From Ruminococcus flavefaciens (GTDB taxonomy: Bacteria > Bacillota > Clostridia > Oscillospirales > Ruminococcaceae): 64,000 bases of DNA. The translations under genes were made by a program, and so were the position numbers. The stretch is taken from assembly GCA_902792235.1 (NCBI GenBank), contig CADAYP010000020.1, positions 1,253-65,252 on the forward strand, in the 5' to 3' direction. Of the stretch, positions 26,879 to 37,413 are shown piece by piece (positions within the stretch are counted from its first letter, which is position 1; every line of letters begins with the position of its first letter). The notes under the pieces are model-generated. The model did no database searches. It had not been told where the DNA came from and saw only the letters and a list, made by a program, of their open reading frames with translations.

Positions 26879-28243
26879 ATGGGAAGAATATTCGGAAAGG
26901 ACGGCATGAGGGGCATAGCCGTCACTGAAATAACCTGCGAGCTTGCCTTGCAGACCGGCCGTGCGGCTGCCGCTGTTCTTGCGGGACGCTCAGGCGATAA
27001 GGTGAGAATCTTCGTAGGCAAGGACACTCGAAGCTCCTCAGATGCGATAGCCGCCGCTCTCTGTGCGGGAATATGTTCTGCCGGTGCAGACGCTGTTTTG
27101 CTTTGCGAAGTGCCTACTCCTGCACTCTCATGGTACGTTAAGGAGAAAGGTGCAAGCGGCGGAATAATGGTGACAGCTTCGCAGATACACGCTGAATTCA
27201 GCGGTATAAAGCTGTTTGCCGCTGACGGTCACCGCCTGAGCGACGAGCGCGAGGACGCTCTTGAGCGGCTTATACTCGATAATCCTGCCGATATCGAACC
27301 TATCCCGCGCAGAGAGTACGGCAGAATGACTATCGATGATTCTGCGGCAGATGAGTATATTTCCTACATGAATGAGAAATTTCCCTCCGACCTCAGCGGT
27401 CTGAAAATAGCTATAGACTGCGCAAATGGCTGTGCAAGCTTTACAGCGGAAAGGATTTTCTCGAACCGCGGTGCAGAGGTTCTTGTAATGGGAAATGAAC
27501 CCGATGGTACAAACATTAACAAGGACTGCGGAAGTACTCATGTTGACAGCCTCATGCGATTCGTTACTGCTAATGGCTGTGACTGCGGTATTGCCTTTGA
27601 CGGTGCGGCTGAACGCTGTCTCGCTGTTGATGAGACAGGCAGTCTCGCGGACGGCGACGTAATCATTGCCGCCTGCGCTAAGGATATGAAGGAACAGGAT
27701 AAACTCAGCCATAATACCATAGTCTTCACGCAGGCTAATAACCTCGGACTTCTGCAATTTGCGCGTGCGAACGGTATAGGAACTTCCGCTTCCTCGACCG
27801 GTGAGCGCAGTATGATAAGACGTATGCTCGAATGTGGTTACAGTCTCGGCGGCGACCCTGCCGGACACATTCTTTTCCCCGATGATTCGGCATCTGCTGA
27901 CGGTCAGCTTACCGGACTTCGTTTGCTTGAGGTACTGAAACGTTCCGGCGGAAAAATGAGTGAACTTTCGTCCCTCATTGAAAAATGCCCGCAGGTAATG
28001 CTGAATGTGCCTATTGACAAGCGTTTCCGCGAGGTGTGGAAGAATGACCGTGCAATCACCGGTATAATCGATGAATTTGAGCAGATACTCGGCGAAGACG
28101 GCAGAGTTGTAGTCCGTGAAGCCGGTAAAGATCCTGTGATACGCATTCGTATCGAAGGCAAAGACTTTTCAACTATAAACACTATGGCTCTGCAAATAGC
28201 CGATACCATAAAAGAACGGCTCGACCTGTACAAGCCGCATTAA
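26879..28243 (+). CDS. Phosphoglucosamine mutase (GlmM)-like protein with degenerate active site
   Basis: GlmM scaffold (FGxDGxRG, GKDTR.S, PDGTNIN.DCGSTH) but TASQIH replaces SASHNP and DGAAER replaces DGDADR. Confidence 0.85.
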   Translation: MGRIFGKDGMRGIAVTEITCELALQTGRAAAAVLAGRSGDKVRIFVGKDTRSSSDAIAAALCAGICSAGADAVLLCEVPTPALSWYVKEKGASGGIMVTASQIHAEFSGIKLFAADGHRLSDEREDALERLILDNPADIEPIPRREYGRMTIDDSAADEYISYMNEKFPSDLSGLKIAIDCANGCASFTAERIFSNRGAEVLVMGNEPDGTNINKDCGSTHVDSLMRFVTANGCDCGIAFDGAAERCLAVDETGSLADGDVIIAACAKDMKEQDKLSHNTIVFTQANNLGLLQFARANGIGTSASSTGERSMIRRMLECGYSLGGDPAGHILFPDDSASADGQLTGLRLLEVLKRSGGKMSELSSLIEKCPQVMLNVPIDKRFREVWKNDRAITGIIDEFEQILGEDGRVVVREAGKDPVIRIRIEGKDFSTINTMALQIADTIKERLDLYKPH

Positions 28244-28255
28244 GGAGAACCGAAA

Positions 28256-29119
28256 TTGAGAACTGCCAATAACTGGAATGATTATATAATATTAGATACA
28301 TCTGACGGAGAAAAGCTCGAAAAATGGGGAAAAGTTTCCCTTGTGCGACCCGACCCCCAGATAATATGGAAAACCGATAAAAAAGACCCGCTCTGGAAAG
28401 GTGCAGACGGTCATTATCACCGCTCTAACAAGGGCGGCGGCGAGTGGGAGTTCAGGAAAAAGCTTCCCGACAGCTGGAAGATAAGTTACGGTCCGCTCAC
28501 ATTCAATATCCGCCCTACCGGATTCAAGCATACCGGACTTTTCCCCGAGCAGGCTGTAAACTGGGACTTTATGGCGGATAAGATACGCAGTGCCGGACGC
28601 GAGATAAATGTACTGAACCTGTTTGCGTATACGGGCGGAGCAACTCTTGCCTGCGCGGAAGCAGGTGCTTCCGTGTGTCATGTTGATGCTTCAAAGGGCA
28701 TGGTGCAGTGGGCACGCGACAATGCCGCCGCTTCCGGACTTACCGAGAAGCCTATCCGCTGGATAGTCGATGACTGCGAAAAGTTCATCGCCCGTGAGAT
28801 TCGGCGCGGACGCAAGTACGATGCCGTTATCATGGACCCTCCGAGCTATGGAAGAGGTCCCGGCGGAGAAGTGTGGAAGCTTGAGGACTGCGTTTACGAC
28901 CTCGTGAAACTCTGCGCCGGAGTTCTCTCCGACGACCCGCTCTTCTTCCTCATAAACAGCTATACTACCGGACTTTCACCGTCTGTTATGGGATACATAC
29001 TCGGAAGTGTTCTCACTGATAGATTCGGCGGCGAGGTCAGCTTCGACGAGATAGGACTTCCGGTAAAATCGACCGGTATGACTCTCCCCTGCGGCTCGAC
29101 TGCGATATGGCAGAAATAA
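28256..29119 (+). CDS. Class I SAM-dependent methyltransferase (RlmI/RlmK-like)
   Basis: HTGLFPEQ, VLNLFAYTGG, VDAS, MDPPSYG; TTG start. Confidence 0.88.
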   Translation: MRTANNWNDYIILDTSDGEKLEKWGKVSLVRPDPQIIWKTDKKDPLWKGADGHYHRSNKGGGEWEFRKKLPDSWKISYGPLTFNIRPTGFKHTGLFPEQAVNWDFMADKIRSAGREINVLNLFAYTGGATLACAEAGASVCHVDASKGMVQWARDNAAASGLTEKPIRWIVDDCEKFIAREIRRGRKYDAVIMDPPSYGRGPGGEVWKLEDCVYDLVKLCAGVLSDDPLFFLINSYTTGLSPSVMGYILGSVLTDRFGGEVSFDEIGLPVKSTGMTLPCGSTAIWQK

Positions 29120-29160
29120 TGTAGCGGCGGCGAAAGCTAACGGCTCAAAAAAGGAAAAAT

Positions 29161-30009
29161 ATGGAAAATATAATTGAAATATCCGGTCTGCATTTCAGCT
29201 ATCCCGCGGAGGAAGGAAAAGAACCTGCGGAGGTGCTGAAGGGCATAGACCTCACAATTAAAAAAGGCGAATTTGTGGCTGTGCTCGGGCATAACGGCTC
29301 GGGTAAATCGACACTCGCCAAGCACCTCAATGCCATCCTTATCCCGACGGAGGGAAAGGTTACGGTCGGCGGTATTGACACTGCCGATGAAGCACGTATT
29401 TTCGAGCTTAGACAGAAGGCAGGAATGGTGTTTCAGAACCCCGATAATCAGATAGTTTCGTCAGTCGTCGAGGAGGACGTTGCATTTGCACTCGAAAACC
29501 TCGGCGTTCCGTATGATGAGATGAGGAAACGCGTAGACGACGCTCTGAAGGCTGTAAATATGTATGAGTACCGTCTCCATTCACCGAGTCAGCTCTCGGG
29601 CGGACAGAAACAGCGTATCGCAATTGCCGGTATAATCGCTATGCAGCCTGACTGCATAATCCTCGATGAGCCGACTGCAATGCTTGACCCTCAGGGAAGA
29701 AAAGAGGTCATGGCTACTATAAAGAAAATGAACCGCGAACAGGGCATCACCATAGTGCTGATAACGCATTATATGGACGAGGCTGCACAGTGCGGACGTA
29801 TCGTAGTCATGGACAAGGGAAACGTTGTTCTTGACGATACACCGCGGGCGGTATTCTCACACGTTGAACAGGTCAAGGAAATAGGTCTTGACGTTCCGCA
29901 GGTAACTGAGCTTGCGTGGGAACTCCGCAAAGCAGGCTGCGATATACCGCAGGATATAATCACCGAAGAAGAATGTGTCAGGGCTATAAAGAAGCTCTTC
30001 GACCGCTAA
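29161..30009 (+). CDS. ecfA1: ECF transporter ATPase A1
   Basis: [29 protein letters not shown]. Confidence 0.93.
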   Translation: MENIIEISGLHFSYPAEEGKEPAEVLKGIDLTIKKGEFVAVLGHNGSGKSTLAKHLNAILIPTEGKVTVGGIDTADEARIFELRQKAGMVFQNPDNQIVSSVVEEDVAFALENLGVPYDEMRKRVDDALKAVNMYEYRLHSPSQLSGGQKQRIAIAGIIAMQPDCIILDEPTAMLDPQGRKEVMATIKKMNREQGITIVLITHYMDEAAQCGRIVVMDKGNVVLDDTPRAVFSHVEQVKEIGLDVPQVTELAWELRKAGCDIPQDIITEEECVRAIKKLFDR

Positions 30010-30028
30010 CCGAAAAGAGGTAAATACA

Positions 30029-30889
30029 TTGGCAATACTTGAGACCCGTCAGCTCACATATACCTACAGCATCGGCACTCCGTTCGAGAAAACTGCCGTT
30101 GACCATGTGGACCTGAAAATCGAAGAAGGCGAAATGGTGGGCGTAATGGGTCACACCGGCTCGGGAAAGTCAACGCTGATACAGCATTTCAACGGTCTTC
30201 TCGCACCTACGTCGGGACAGGTCCTGCTCGACGGCAGGGACATATGGGCAGACAAGAAAAAGATTCGCGATGTGCGTTTTCAGGTCGGACTTGTTTTTCA
30301 GTATCCCGAGTATCAGATATTCGAGGAGACTGTCTACAAGGACATTGCTTTCGGTCCGCGGAATATGGGACTTGACGAGAAGGAGATAAAGCGCCGTGTA
30401 CTCGATACCGCGCATGACATAGGTCTGAAAGAGGAGCTTTTACAGCGTTCGCCGTTCGACCTTTCAGGCGGTCAGAAGCGACGTGTCGCAATAGCCGGAG
30501 TTATGGCTATGGAGCCGAAGGTACTCATTCTCGACGAGCCGACAGCAGGTCTCGACCCCGCCGGAAGAGACAAGATACTGAGCCATATCAAGGCTTATCA
30601 CGAGCGCACTAAGAATACTATCCTCATAGTTTCGCATAGCATGGAGGATATTGCAGGGTTCGCGGATAAGATACTTGTCATGAACAAGGCGAAGCTATTC
30701 TGCTACGATGACACGGTAAAAGTGTTCGGAAGAGCGGAGGAAATAGCGGAGATAGGTCTTGATGTGCCGCAGGTAACGAAGGTATTTACAGAGCTGAAAA
30801 AGCAGGGACTTGACTTCGGCAAAGAGGTCTACACAGTAGGCTATGCCCGCGACCTGCTTCTCAGGCATCTACAGGGAAAGGAAGAGTGA
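30029..30889 (+). CDS. ecfA2: ECF transporter ATPase A2
   Basis: GTPFE, GHTGSGKST, FQYPEYQ, LSGGQKRR. Confidence 0.93.
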   Translation: MAILETRQLTYTYSIGTPFEKTAVDHVDLKIEEGEMVGVMGHTGSGKSTLIQHFNGLLAPTSGQVLLDGRDIWADKKKIRDVRFQVGLVFQYPEYQIFEETVYKDIAFGPRNMGLDEKEIKRRVLDTAHDIGLKEELLQRSPFDLSGGQKRRVAIAGVMAMEPKVLILDEPTAGLDPAGRDKILSHIKAYHERTKNTILIVSHSMEDIAGFADKILVMNKAKLFCYDDTVKVFGRAEEIAEIGLDVPQVTKVFTELKKQGLDFGKEVYTVGYARDLLLRHLQGKEE

Positions 30890-30893
30890 AAAA

Positions 30894-31700
30894 TTGCTGA
30901 AGGATATAACTATCGGACAGTATTTCCCGGGAAACAGCATTATCCACCGCCTTGACCCGAGATTCAAGATAATCATTACATTTATATATATTCTCATGCT
31001 CTTTACCGGAAGCAATGTCAGCTGTCTCGCAGTAGGAGCGCTCTATACGACTGCGGCTGTGATACTCTCACGCATACCGATAAAGATGTTCTGGAAAAGT
31101 GTAAAGCCGCTTCTGCCGTTTCTGCTGATAACGGCTCTGCTGAATCTTTTCCTTGTTGACAGCGGCAAAGAGGTGTTTCACTGGAGATTCATCAAAATAA
31201 CCGACGGCGGCATAAATATCAGTGTATTCATGCTGATAAGGATAGTCCTTCTCATTGCGGGAAGTTCTCTCCTGACGTATACTACCTCGCCGATAACGCT
31301 GACTGACGCTATCGAGAGACTGATGTCGCCGCTGAAACTGCTGAAATTTCCGGTACACGAGCTTGCAATGATGATGAGCATTGCGCTCCGCTTCATACCT
31401 ACACTCATCGAGGAAACAGACAAGATAATGTCCGCACAGAAAGCCCGCGGAGCTGAGATAGATACAGGAAGCTTCGTCGCAAGGGCAAAAAATATGGTCT
31501 CGATACTTGTTCCGCTGTTCATATCGTCGTTCAGACGTGCAGATGAACTCGCAACGGCTATGGAATGCCGCTGCTATAACGGCGGTGAGGGCCGTACAAG
31601 ACTGCGTCAGCTGCATTCCGCTCCGCGTGATTATATCGCCCTCGCGATAACACTGCTGTTCTATGCCGCAGCTGTAACAGTCGGAATCATAATGAAATAA
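30894..31700 (+). CDS. ecfT: ECF transporter transmembrane component T
   Basis: IGQYFPGNS..HRLDPR.K, AQKARG, AMECRCY; TTG start at 30894. Confidence 0.92.
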   Translation: MLKDITIGQYFPGNSIIHRLDPRFKIIITFIYILMLFTGSNVSCLAVGALYTTAAVILSRIPIKMFWKSVKPLLPFLLITALLNLFLVDSGKEVFHWRFIKITDGGINISVFMLIRIVLLIAGSSLLTYTTSPITLTDAIERLMSPLKLLKFPVHELAMMMSIALRFIPTLIEETDKIMSAQKARGAEIDTGSFVARAKNMVSILVPLFISSFRRADELATAMECRCYNGGEGRTRLRQLHSAPRDYIALAITLLFYAAAVTVGIIMK

Positions 31701-31714
31701 AAGAGGAAACAACA

Positions 31715-34516
31715 ATGAAACGCAGCAAGAAAAGCAATTTCCGCGCTAAATATGAACGGTTCAGAAAAAGCAGGGCAGCATATTGGCTGTACGATAAGGG
31801 AATACTCTACTTCGCCCTCTCTTTCCTGATACCGTCATCTATAATGCTTTTTGCATTTGCACAGCATTCGATACACCCTTTCGGTGATAAACAGATGCTC
31901 GTTATCGACCTGTGGCATCAGTATTACCCATTTTTCAGGGTAGTGCGTGAAAAGCTCATGACGGGCGGTTCGTTCCTTTATTCGTGGGAAAACGGCATGG
32001 GTACCAATTTTCTGTCGCTTATTTCCTACTATGCTGCAAGTCCGCTGAACTGGCTGTCAGTATTTTTCGCCGACGACAGTACGCGCGATGCTCTTACATT
32101 CATACTCATTGCAAAAATCGGCTTTGCAGGAGCGTTTTTCAGCAGCTTCCTGAGATATACCTATAAGCGCCGCGATTTCTCAATAGTCGTATTTTCGACG
32201 ATGTTCGCGCTTTGCAGCTATATGCTCGGCTACTACTGGAATGTCATGTGGTTCGATACTGTGGCACTCTTCCCGCTTGTAATGCTCGGAGTAGTTGCTC
32301 TCTGCCGTGAGAGAAAGTGGAAACTCTACGCTCTCGCACTGGCGCTTTCACTGTTTTCAAATTATTACATTGCATATTTCACCTGTATTTTTACAGTTTT
32401 CATGTTTATATTCTGCCTTATCATTGAAGGCAGAAGCGTGAAGGACTATTTCCGAAAGACAGTAACTTTCATAGTCTCAACTCTTATCGGAGCAGGTCTT
32501 GCAGCCTTCATGCTGATTCCGGCTTATTTCGGACTCAAAATGACCTACAGTGTGAATAATCAGTTTCCGAATGAGGCTAAATTCTACGACAAGTGGACGG
32601 ATATATTTGCTAATCTTATATCGTATCAGGAGCCTGCTACCAAAGAGGGACTTCCTAATTTCGCCTGCGGAATGCTTGCAGTCGTGCTGTTTGGAGTATT
32701 CCTCTTCTCAACCGGTATAAAGATACGTGAGAAGATAGCGTCAGTTTTCATGCTCGCGCTCATCGCCGTAAGCTGCAACCTCAATATCCTGAATTATATA
32801 TGGCACGGTTTCCACGCAACTAATCAGATACCGCACCGCTTTGCTTTCATTTTCAGCTTTGTACTTGTTGCGGCAGCTTTCCGAGCTTATGACATAATGA
32901 CACAGAGGGGCATAAAGTACTATCAGCTCATTCTTGTGTTTATTGCTCCTGCGGCAGTGCTTTACTGCAAATACTACAGTCTCGCAAATTCGGACGACGG
33001 CTTCAAGTTTGAAGGTGCATTCAGAAGCTCTGTTATCATCGCGGGTGCTTATATACTCATATTCATCGCGGCAAAGCTGTTTCCATTCAAGAGAGAAAAG
33101 GTGCGCCGCAGTTTACTCAATATCGCACTCTGTGCAACGGTATGCTGTGAGGTTGTCAGCAACGCTAACCTCGGAGTCAGTGCAGTAGGAAGTTCAAGCT
33201 ACAGCTCATATCCCTATTCCGACCGGCTTGTGCAGAAGATGCTCAAAAGTGCCCGTGAGGACGACCCGTCACTCTTCTCGCGTACAGAGATGACCTACAC
33301 TTACACACTCAATGACAGTGCACTCTACGGCTATCACGGAGTTTCACAGTTTTCATCGTCTGCAAACGTATCCGTGACAAAGCTTTTCCGCCGACTTGGT
33401 CTGTATTCTTCCGAAGCCGGAAACAGATACTACTACCACATATCAACTCCGGTAGTAAACGACCTTCTCGGTATAAATTATATCATCTCAAAGAGCAATA
33501 CCCTCAACTGCTGTGATATGTCACTTGAACACATCGACGGCGAAGAAAATGTTCAGCTCTACCGCAGCAAATATCCGATGTCGATAGGCTTTATGATGAA
33601 CAGTGATATTCTGAATCTGCCGGACAAGCTTGCTGCGAATCCGTTTGAATATCAGAATGATGTGATGAGACGTGCAACAGGCAGCGATATCAACGTGTTC
33701 GTTGCACAGCCTGTAAAACTTGCAAATTACGAAAATATAAACGTTAACAAGAGAAGCTTCGGCTCATACACATTCAATGCCGAAAATCCTACAGACAAGT
33801 CTAAGACTTTGAAGGCTTCATACGAATTTGCCTGCCTTGACGGTACAGAGCTTTACGGATATGCAAGCAACAGCTCAATAGACTCTGTTGATGTAAGGTG
33901 CGGCGAATCAGTAGTCGATACGAGTGTATCCGTTAAGGACTATCCTATCTCATTCCCTATGGGCAACGGCAAGGAAGGCGATACCGCTGTTATAAAGGTA
34001 CAATTCAACAGCGAAAAAACGTCCGGCAGCTATGAGCTGCTTGTGTATGCACTTCAGAAAGATGAACTCGATATCGCGTATGATGAACTCGCCGACGAGC
34101 AGCTTGATATAACTGATTTCAGCGATACTGAGATAAAGGGAAAAATAAATGTTAAAAAGCGCGGCATACTTTACCTTTCCATTCCGTATGAAAAGGGATG
34201 GAGCGTATATGTTGACGGTGAAAAAACAAATTCCGTCAAGGTGCTTCATTCGATGCTCGGAGCGGAGGTAGGAGCAGGTGAGCATGAGATAACTCTCAAA
34301 TATTCGCCCGAAGGCTTCAGCAATGGTGTTATCATAAGCGGTGTTTCACTCGCTGCACTGCTCGGACTTGCTGCGGCTGAGTACGTTTACCGTAAAAATA
34401 AGAAGCGCAGGATAGCGGAAGCTGCTGTTTCAGAAATTGCTGAAACTGAATCCGCTCCAATTCCGGAGGTGACAAATGAGAAACCTGAAAGTGATGACGG
34501 CTTACCGCGGGACTAA
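31715..34516 (+). CDS. YfhO family membrane protein (GT-C, surface polymer glycosylation)
   Basis: D..HQYYPF, YYAASPLN, many TMs, SIPYEKGW.VYVDG; 933 aa. Confidence 0.88.
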   Translation: MKRSKKSNFRAKYERFRKSRAAYWLYDKGILYFALSFLIPSSIMLFAFAQHSIHPFGDKQMLVIDLWHQYYPFFRVVREKLMTGGSFLYSWENGMGTNFLSLISYYAASPLNWLSVFFADDSTRDALTFILIAKIGFAGAFFSSFLRYTYKRRDFSIVVFSTMFALCSYMLGYYWNVMWFDTVALFPLVMLGVVALCRERKWKLYALALALSLFSNYYIAYFTCIFTVFMFIFCLIIEGRSVKDYFRKTVTFIVSTLIGAGLAAFMLIPAYFGLKMTYSVNNQFPNEAKFYDKWTDIFANLISYQEPATKEGLPNFACGMLAVVLFGVFLFSTGIKIREKIASVFMLALIAVSCNLNILNYIWHGFHATNQIPHRFAFIFSFVLVAAAFRAYDIMTQRGIKYYQLILVFIAPAAVLYCKYYSLANSDDGFKFEGAFRSSVIIAGAYILIFIAAKLFPFKREKVRRSLLNIALCATVCCEVVSNANLGVSAVGSSSYSSYPYSDRLVQKMLKSAREDDPSLFSRTEMTYTYTLNDSALYGYHGVSQFSSSANVSVTKLFRRLGLYSSEAGNRYYYHISTPVVNDLLGINYIISKSNTLNCCDMSLEHIDGEENVQLYRSKYPMSIGFMMNSDILNLPDKLAANPFEYQNDVMRRATGSDINVFVAQPVKLANYENINVNKRSFGSYTFNAENPTDKSKTLKASYEFACLDGTELYGYASNSSIDSVDVRCGESVVDTSVSVKDYPISFPMGNGKEGDTAVIKVQFNSEKTSGSYELLVYALQKDELDIAYDELADEQLDITDFSDTEIKGKINVKKRGILYLSIPYEKGWSVYVDGEKTNSVKVLHSMLGAEVGAGEHEITLKYSPEGFSNGVIISGVSLAALLGLAAAEYVYRKNKKRRIAEAAVSEIAETESAPIPEVTNEKPESDDGLPRD

Positions 34517-35231
34517 GTACCACGGATTTCAGCGGCAGGCAAATGCTGTTACCGTGCAGGAGGTGCTCGAAAAAGCCGTTTCAAAGGTACTGAATGAACC
34601 GGTCGGAATAACCGGCTGCTCGCGTACCGATACCGGAGTTCATGCGAGAAACTTCTGCTTCAACGTGAAAACCAACAGCACTATCCGCACTCTCGGCTTC
34701 TGCCGCGGAGTAAACGGTGAGCTGCCCGACGATATCTCAATACTGAGCTGTGAGGACGTGCCGCTCGATTTTCATGCGCGGTACGACTGCAAAGGCAAGG
34801 AGTACATCTATAAGATGCACTGCAGCGAATCTAAAGACCCTTTTTCGTCTGACCTTGCGTACCACTACCGCAGAAAATTTGATATCGAAGCTGCACGTAA
34901 GGCTGCGGCATATCTTGTCGGAGAGCATGATTTCGCGTCGTTTTGTGCAGACTGTACCAATGTATCAACCACAGTGCGCACGATTTATTCCCTTGATATA
35001 GAAAATAGTGGTGATTCAGTGATAATGCTTGTAAAAGGCAATGGATTTCTGTATAATATGATTAGGATAATAGCCGGCACTCTCATGGATATCAGTGAGG
35101 GCAGGATATCTCCTGATGATATGCCGGAAATACTTGCTGCTAAAGACCGCCTGCGTGCCGGCAGGACTGCTATGGCACACGGTCTTTACCTCAACCGCGT
35201 TTTCTACTCGGAAGAGGAAATGTTCAGATAA
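34476..35231 (+). CDS. truA: tRNA pseudouridine(38-40) synthase
   Basis: YxGTxYHGFQRQ, SRTDTGVHA, FHARY, GFLYNMIRII. Confidence 0.96.
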   Translation: MRNLKVMTAYRGTKYHGFQRQANAVTVQEVLEKAVSKVLNEPVGITGCSRTDTGVHARNFCFNVKTNSTIRTLGFCRGVNGELPDDISILSCEDVPLDFHARYDCKGKEYIYKMHCSESKDPFSSDLAYHYRRKFDIEAARKAAAYLVGEHDFASFCADCTNVSTTVRTIYSLDIENSGDSVIMLVKGNGFLYNMIRIIAGTLMDISEGRISPDDMPEILAAKDRLRAGRTAMAHGLYLNRVFYSEEEMFR

Positions 35232-35264
35232 AAACAAAAGAGGATAACCAAAGGAGGCAGCATA

Positions 35265-36431
35265 ATGCCAATGTATGACGCCAACGATATCGTTGAGCAG
35301 AAAAAAAGAGATAAACGAAGAAAGCGTCTGCTGAAACTTACTGCACTTCTGCTTCTGGCAGGCACCGGCGCGGGAATGTATTTTTCGCGCGAATCATGGC
35401 TGCCAAAGCTAAGAGGAATAGGCAAGCAGTATCAGATAATAGTCAATGACGGACGTCTCGCTGAGGGAAATTTCCCGATAGAAATAAACGGCGGTGCAGA
35501 TTATCAGATGGCTTGTTCTGAGGAAAATGTTATAGTTATGAGTGACGCTTACATATACTTTTACAATACGGAAGGCGGTGAAATAAAACGTCGTCAGCAC
35601 GCACTTTCTAATCCCCTGATGGAAGCTTCAAACGGCAGGGCACTGCTTTTTGAAAGCGGCGGAGATGAATTCAGCGTCGAGGACAGCGATGGGGTGCTGT
35701 ACGACCACAAGCTTGAAAAGAACATAATGTTCGCACGTATCAGCAAGGACGGCTATGCGGCTGTTGTAACAACTTCTGATAACTATGCCTGCGAGATAAA
35801 GGTCTACGACCGCAAGGGCAGTGAGATATACGGAAGAAAATGCATAGAGCGTGTGAACGATATCAGCTTCAACAACGACAGCTGTGGATGCGTTATAAGC
35901 TATTTTTACGCAGAAAACGGCTCACTTGTAACATCGGTTCAGGAGATATCATTTTCCGAAGAAAAAGAAAAATGGAGTTCACCGGGTCTTGATACGCTCG
36001 GACTTGATGTTTATGGCTTTGAAGGAGGCGCATTTGTGCTCGGTATCGACGCCTGCGGCTATGTAGACAGCCGTGGACAGATAACTTCGCTTTACCGGTA
36101 TGAGGGGGAACTGGAAGGCGGTTCGAGCAGTAACGGAAAATCGGCTGTTATAATCAACAGCGACGACAGAAGAAAGTATGTAATGGCACTTTTTGACGGC
36201 GGAAGCTCTGAGCCGAGGATAATCGATTTTGATAGTCCTCTCGTTGATGTTACCGTAAAAGATGACATTGCTTATGTCATGAAGAGTGACTCCGTGCTTG
36301 CATACGATTTTAACGGAGAACTCCGTTCAACTGCGTCTGTAAACGATTCATATATCGGTTTCGAGAGAAATAGTGAATATGTATTCCTGAAAAGCTATAA
36401 TAAGATTGACAGAATTAATTACGAATGTTAA
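35265..36431 (+). CDS. DUF5711-like membrane-anchored beta-propeller protein
   Basis: Basic N-terminus plus single TM, beta-rich extracellular part; precedes CvpA-like gene. Confidence 0.6.
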   Translation: MPMYDANDIVEQKKRDKRRKRLLKLTALLLLAGTGAGMYFSRESWLPKLRGIGKQYQIIVNDGRLAEGNFPIEINGGADYQMACSEENVIVMSDAYIYFYNTEGGEIKRRQHALSNPLMEASNGRALLFESGGDEFSVEDSDGVLYDHKLEKNIMFARISKDGYAAVVTTSDNYACEIKVYDRKGSEIYGRKCIERVNDISFNNDSCGCVISYFYAENGSLVTSVQEISFSEEKEKWSSPGLDTLGLDVYGFEGGAFVLGIDACGYVDSRGQITSLYRYEGELEGGSSSNGKSAVIINSDDRRKYVMALFDGGSSEPRIIDFDSPLVDVTVKDDIAYVMKSDSVLAYDFNGELRSTASVNDSYIGFERNSEYVFLKSYNKIDRINYEC

Positions 36432-36473
36432 ATTAATGAAGGGAGGTCACGCGGACCTTTCCGCGTACAGTCT

Positions 36474-37376
36474 ATGGGAAGTCAATTTTGGTGGTTCTAC
36501 GATATTATCGCGATTGCGATCCTCCTCATCTGCATATTCCTTTCAGCAAAAAGAGGCGTGCTGAGAGGAAGTATTGCAGCCGTAGGATGTGTTATAGCGA
36601 TTGCACTTGCATTCGGAGTAAGTACAAGTGCTGCTGACAGCGCATATCGGAATACTATGAGAAGCTCAAATATCAAAAAAGTTTCAAAGGTGATAAAGAA
36701 AGACGTATTTATGAATAAGTATTCAGCTTATCTTGAATCACTTGGAGTTAATATTACACCGAGTACCGAAAGGCTCGATAGTATTTTTTCTTCAAAAGAA
36801 GGAAATTATGACGAGGCTCTGTGCAGCTATATCAATAACGTTAACGGCAGAAGAATCTATGAAGACGATGAGGCTTTAGAAGTCGTACATGAGGGATATG
36901 CCGTTGTTGTCAGCGAAATAGTTTCGCAGTGTATGAGCAAATATACCGCAGAGGTAGCTGCAAACGAGATACGCAGAGACCCCTCAGGTATGAATGAACT
37001 TATTCCTATGATACACTACCGCGAGGACGGAGACCCCGTACCGCCGGCTAAGTTTATCACTGATAACTATACGGCTCCGGCATACGTGACTATATATAAG
37101 CTTACCGGTATAGTTATTATCTTTGCCGCAGCACTTCTGCTGACACTGTTTACATCATTTTCAATTGCCAGCAAAAGTGAGCCGACACGTACGAGTGAAT
37201 ACATTATCGGCGGATTTACAGGTGTGTTCACAGGTGCAGCCATAATATTTGTTGCAGCGGCTTTAGTCCGGCTGTGGGCAGTTCTCGGAAGCAACGAGAT
37301 GCTGTTCTTCAATAACGAAGTTATCGACAAATCAATAATTTTCAAATATTTCTACAACATTGTCTCTAAAATCTGA
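36474..37376 (+). CDS. CvpA-like membrane protein with large loop
   Basis: DII...SAKRG N-terminal TM pattern; C-terminal GG..G..G TM pattern and S.IF..F. Confidence 0.6.
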   Translation: MGSQFWWFYDIIAIAILLICIFLSAKRGVLRGSIAAVGCVIAIALAFGVSTSAADSAYRNTMRSSNIKKVSKVIKKDVFMNKYSAYLESLGVNITPSTERLDSIFSSKEGNYDEALCSYINNVNGRRIYEDDEALEVVHEGYAVVVSEIVSQCMSKYTAEVAANEIRRDPSGMNELIPMIHYREDGDPVPPAKFITDNYTAPAYVTIYKLTGIVIIFAAALLLTLFTSFSIASKSEPTRTSEYIIGGFTGVFTGAAIIFVAAALVRLWAVLGSNEMLFFNNEVIDKSIIFKYFYNIVSKI

Positions 37377-37413
37377 GACGTAAAGCAAATTCATTAACAG
37401 GAGGAACAACAGG

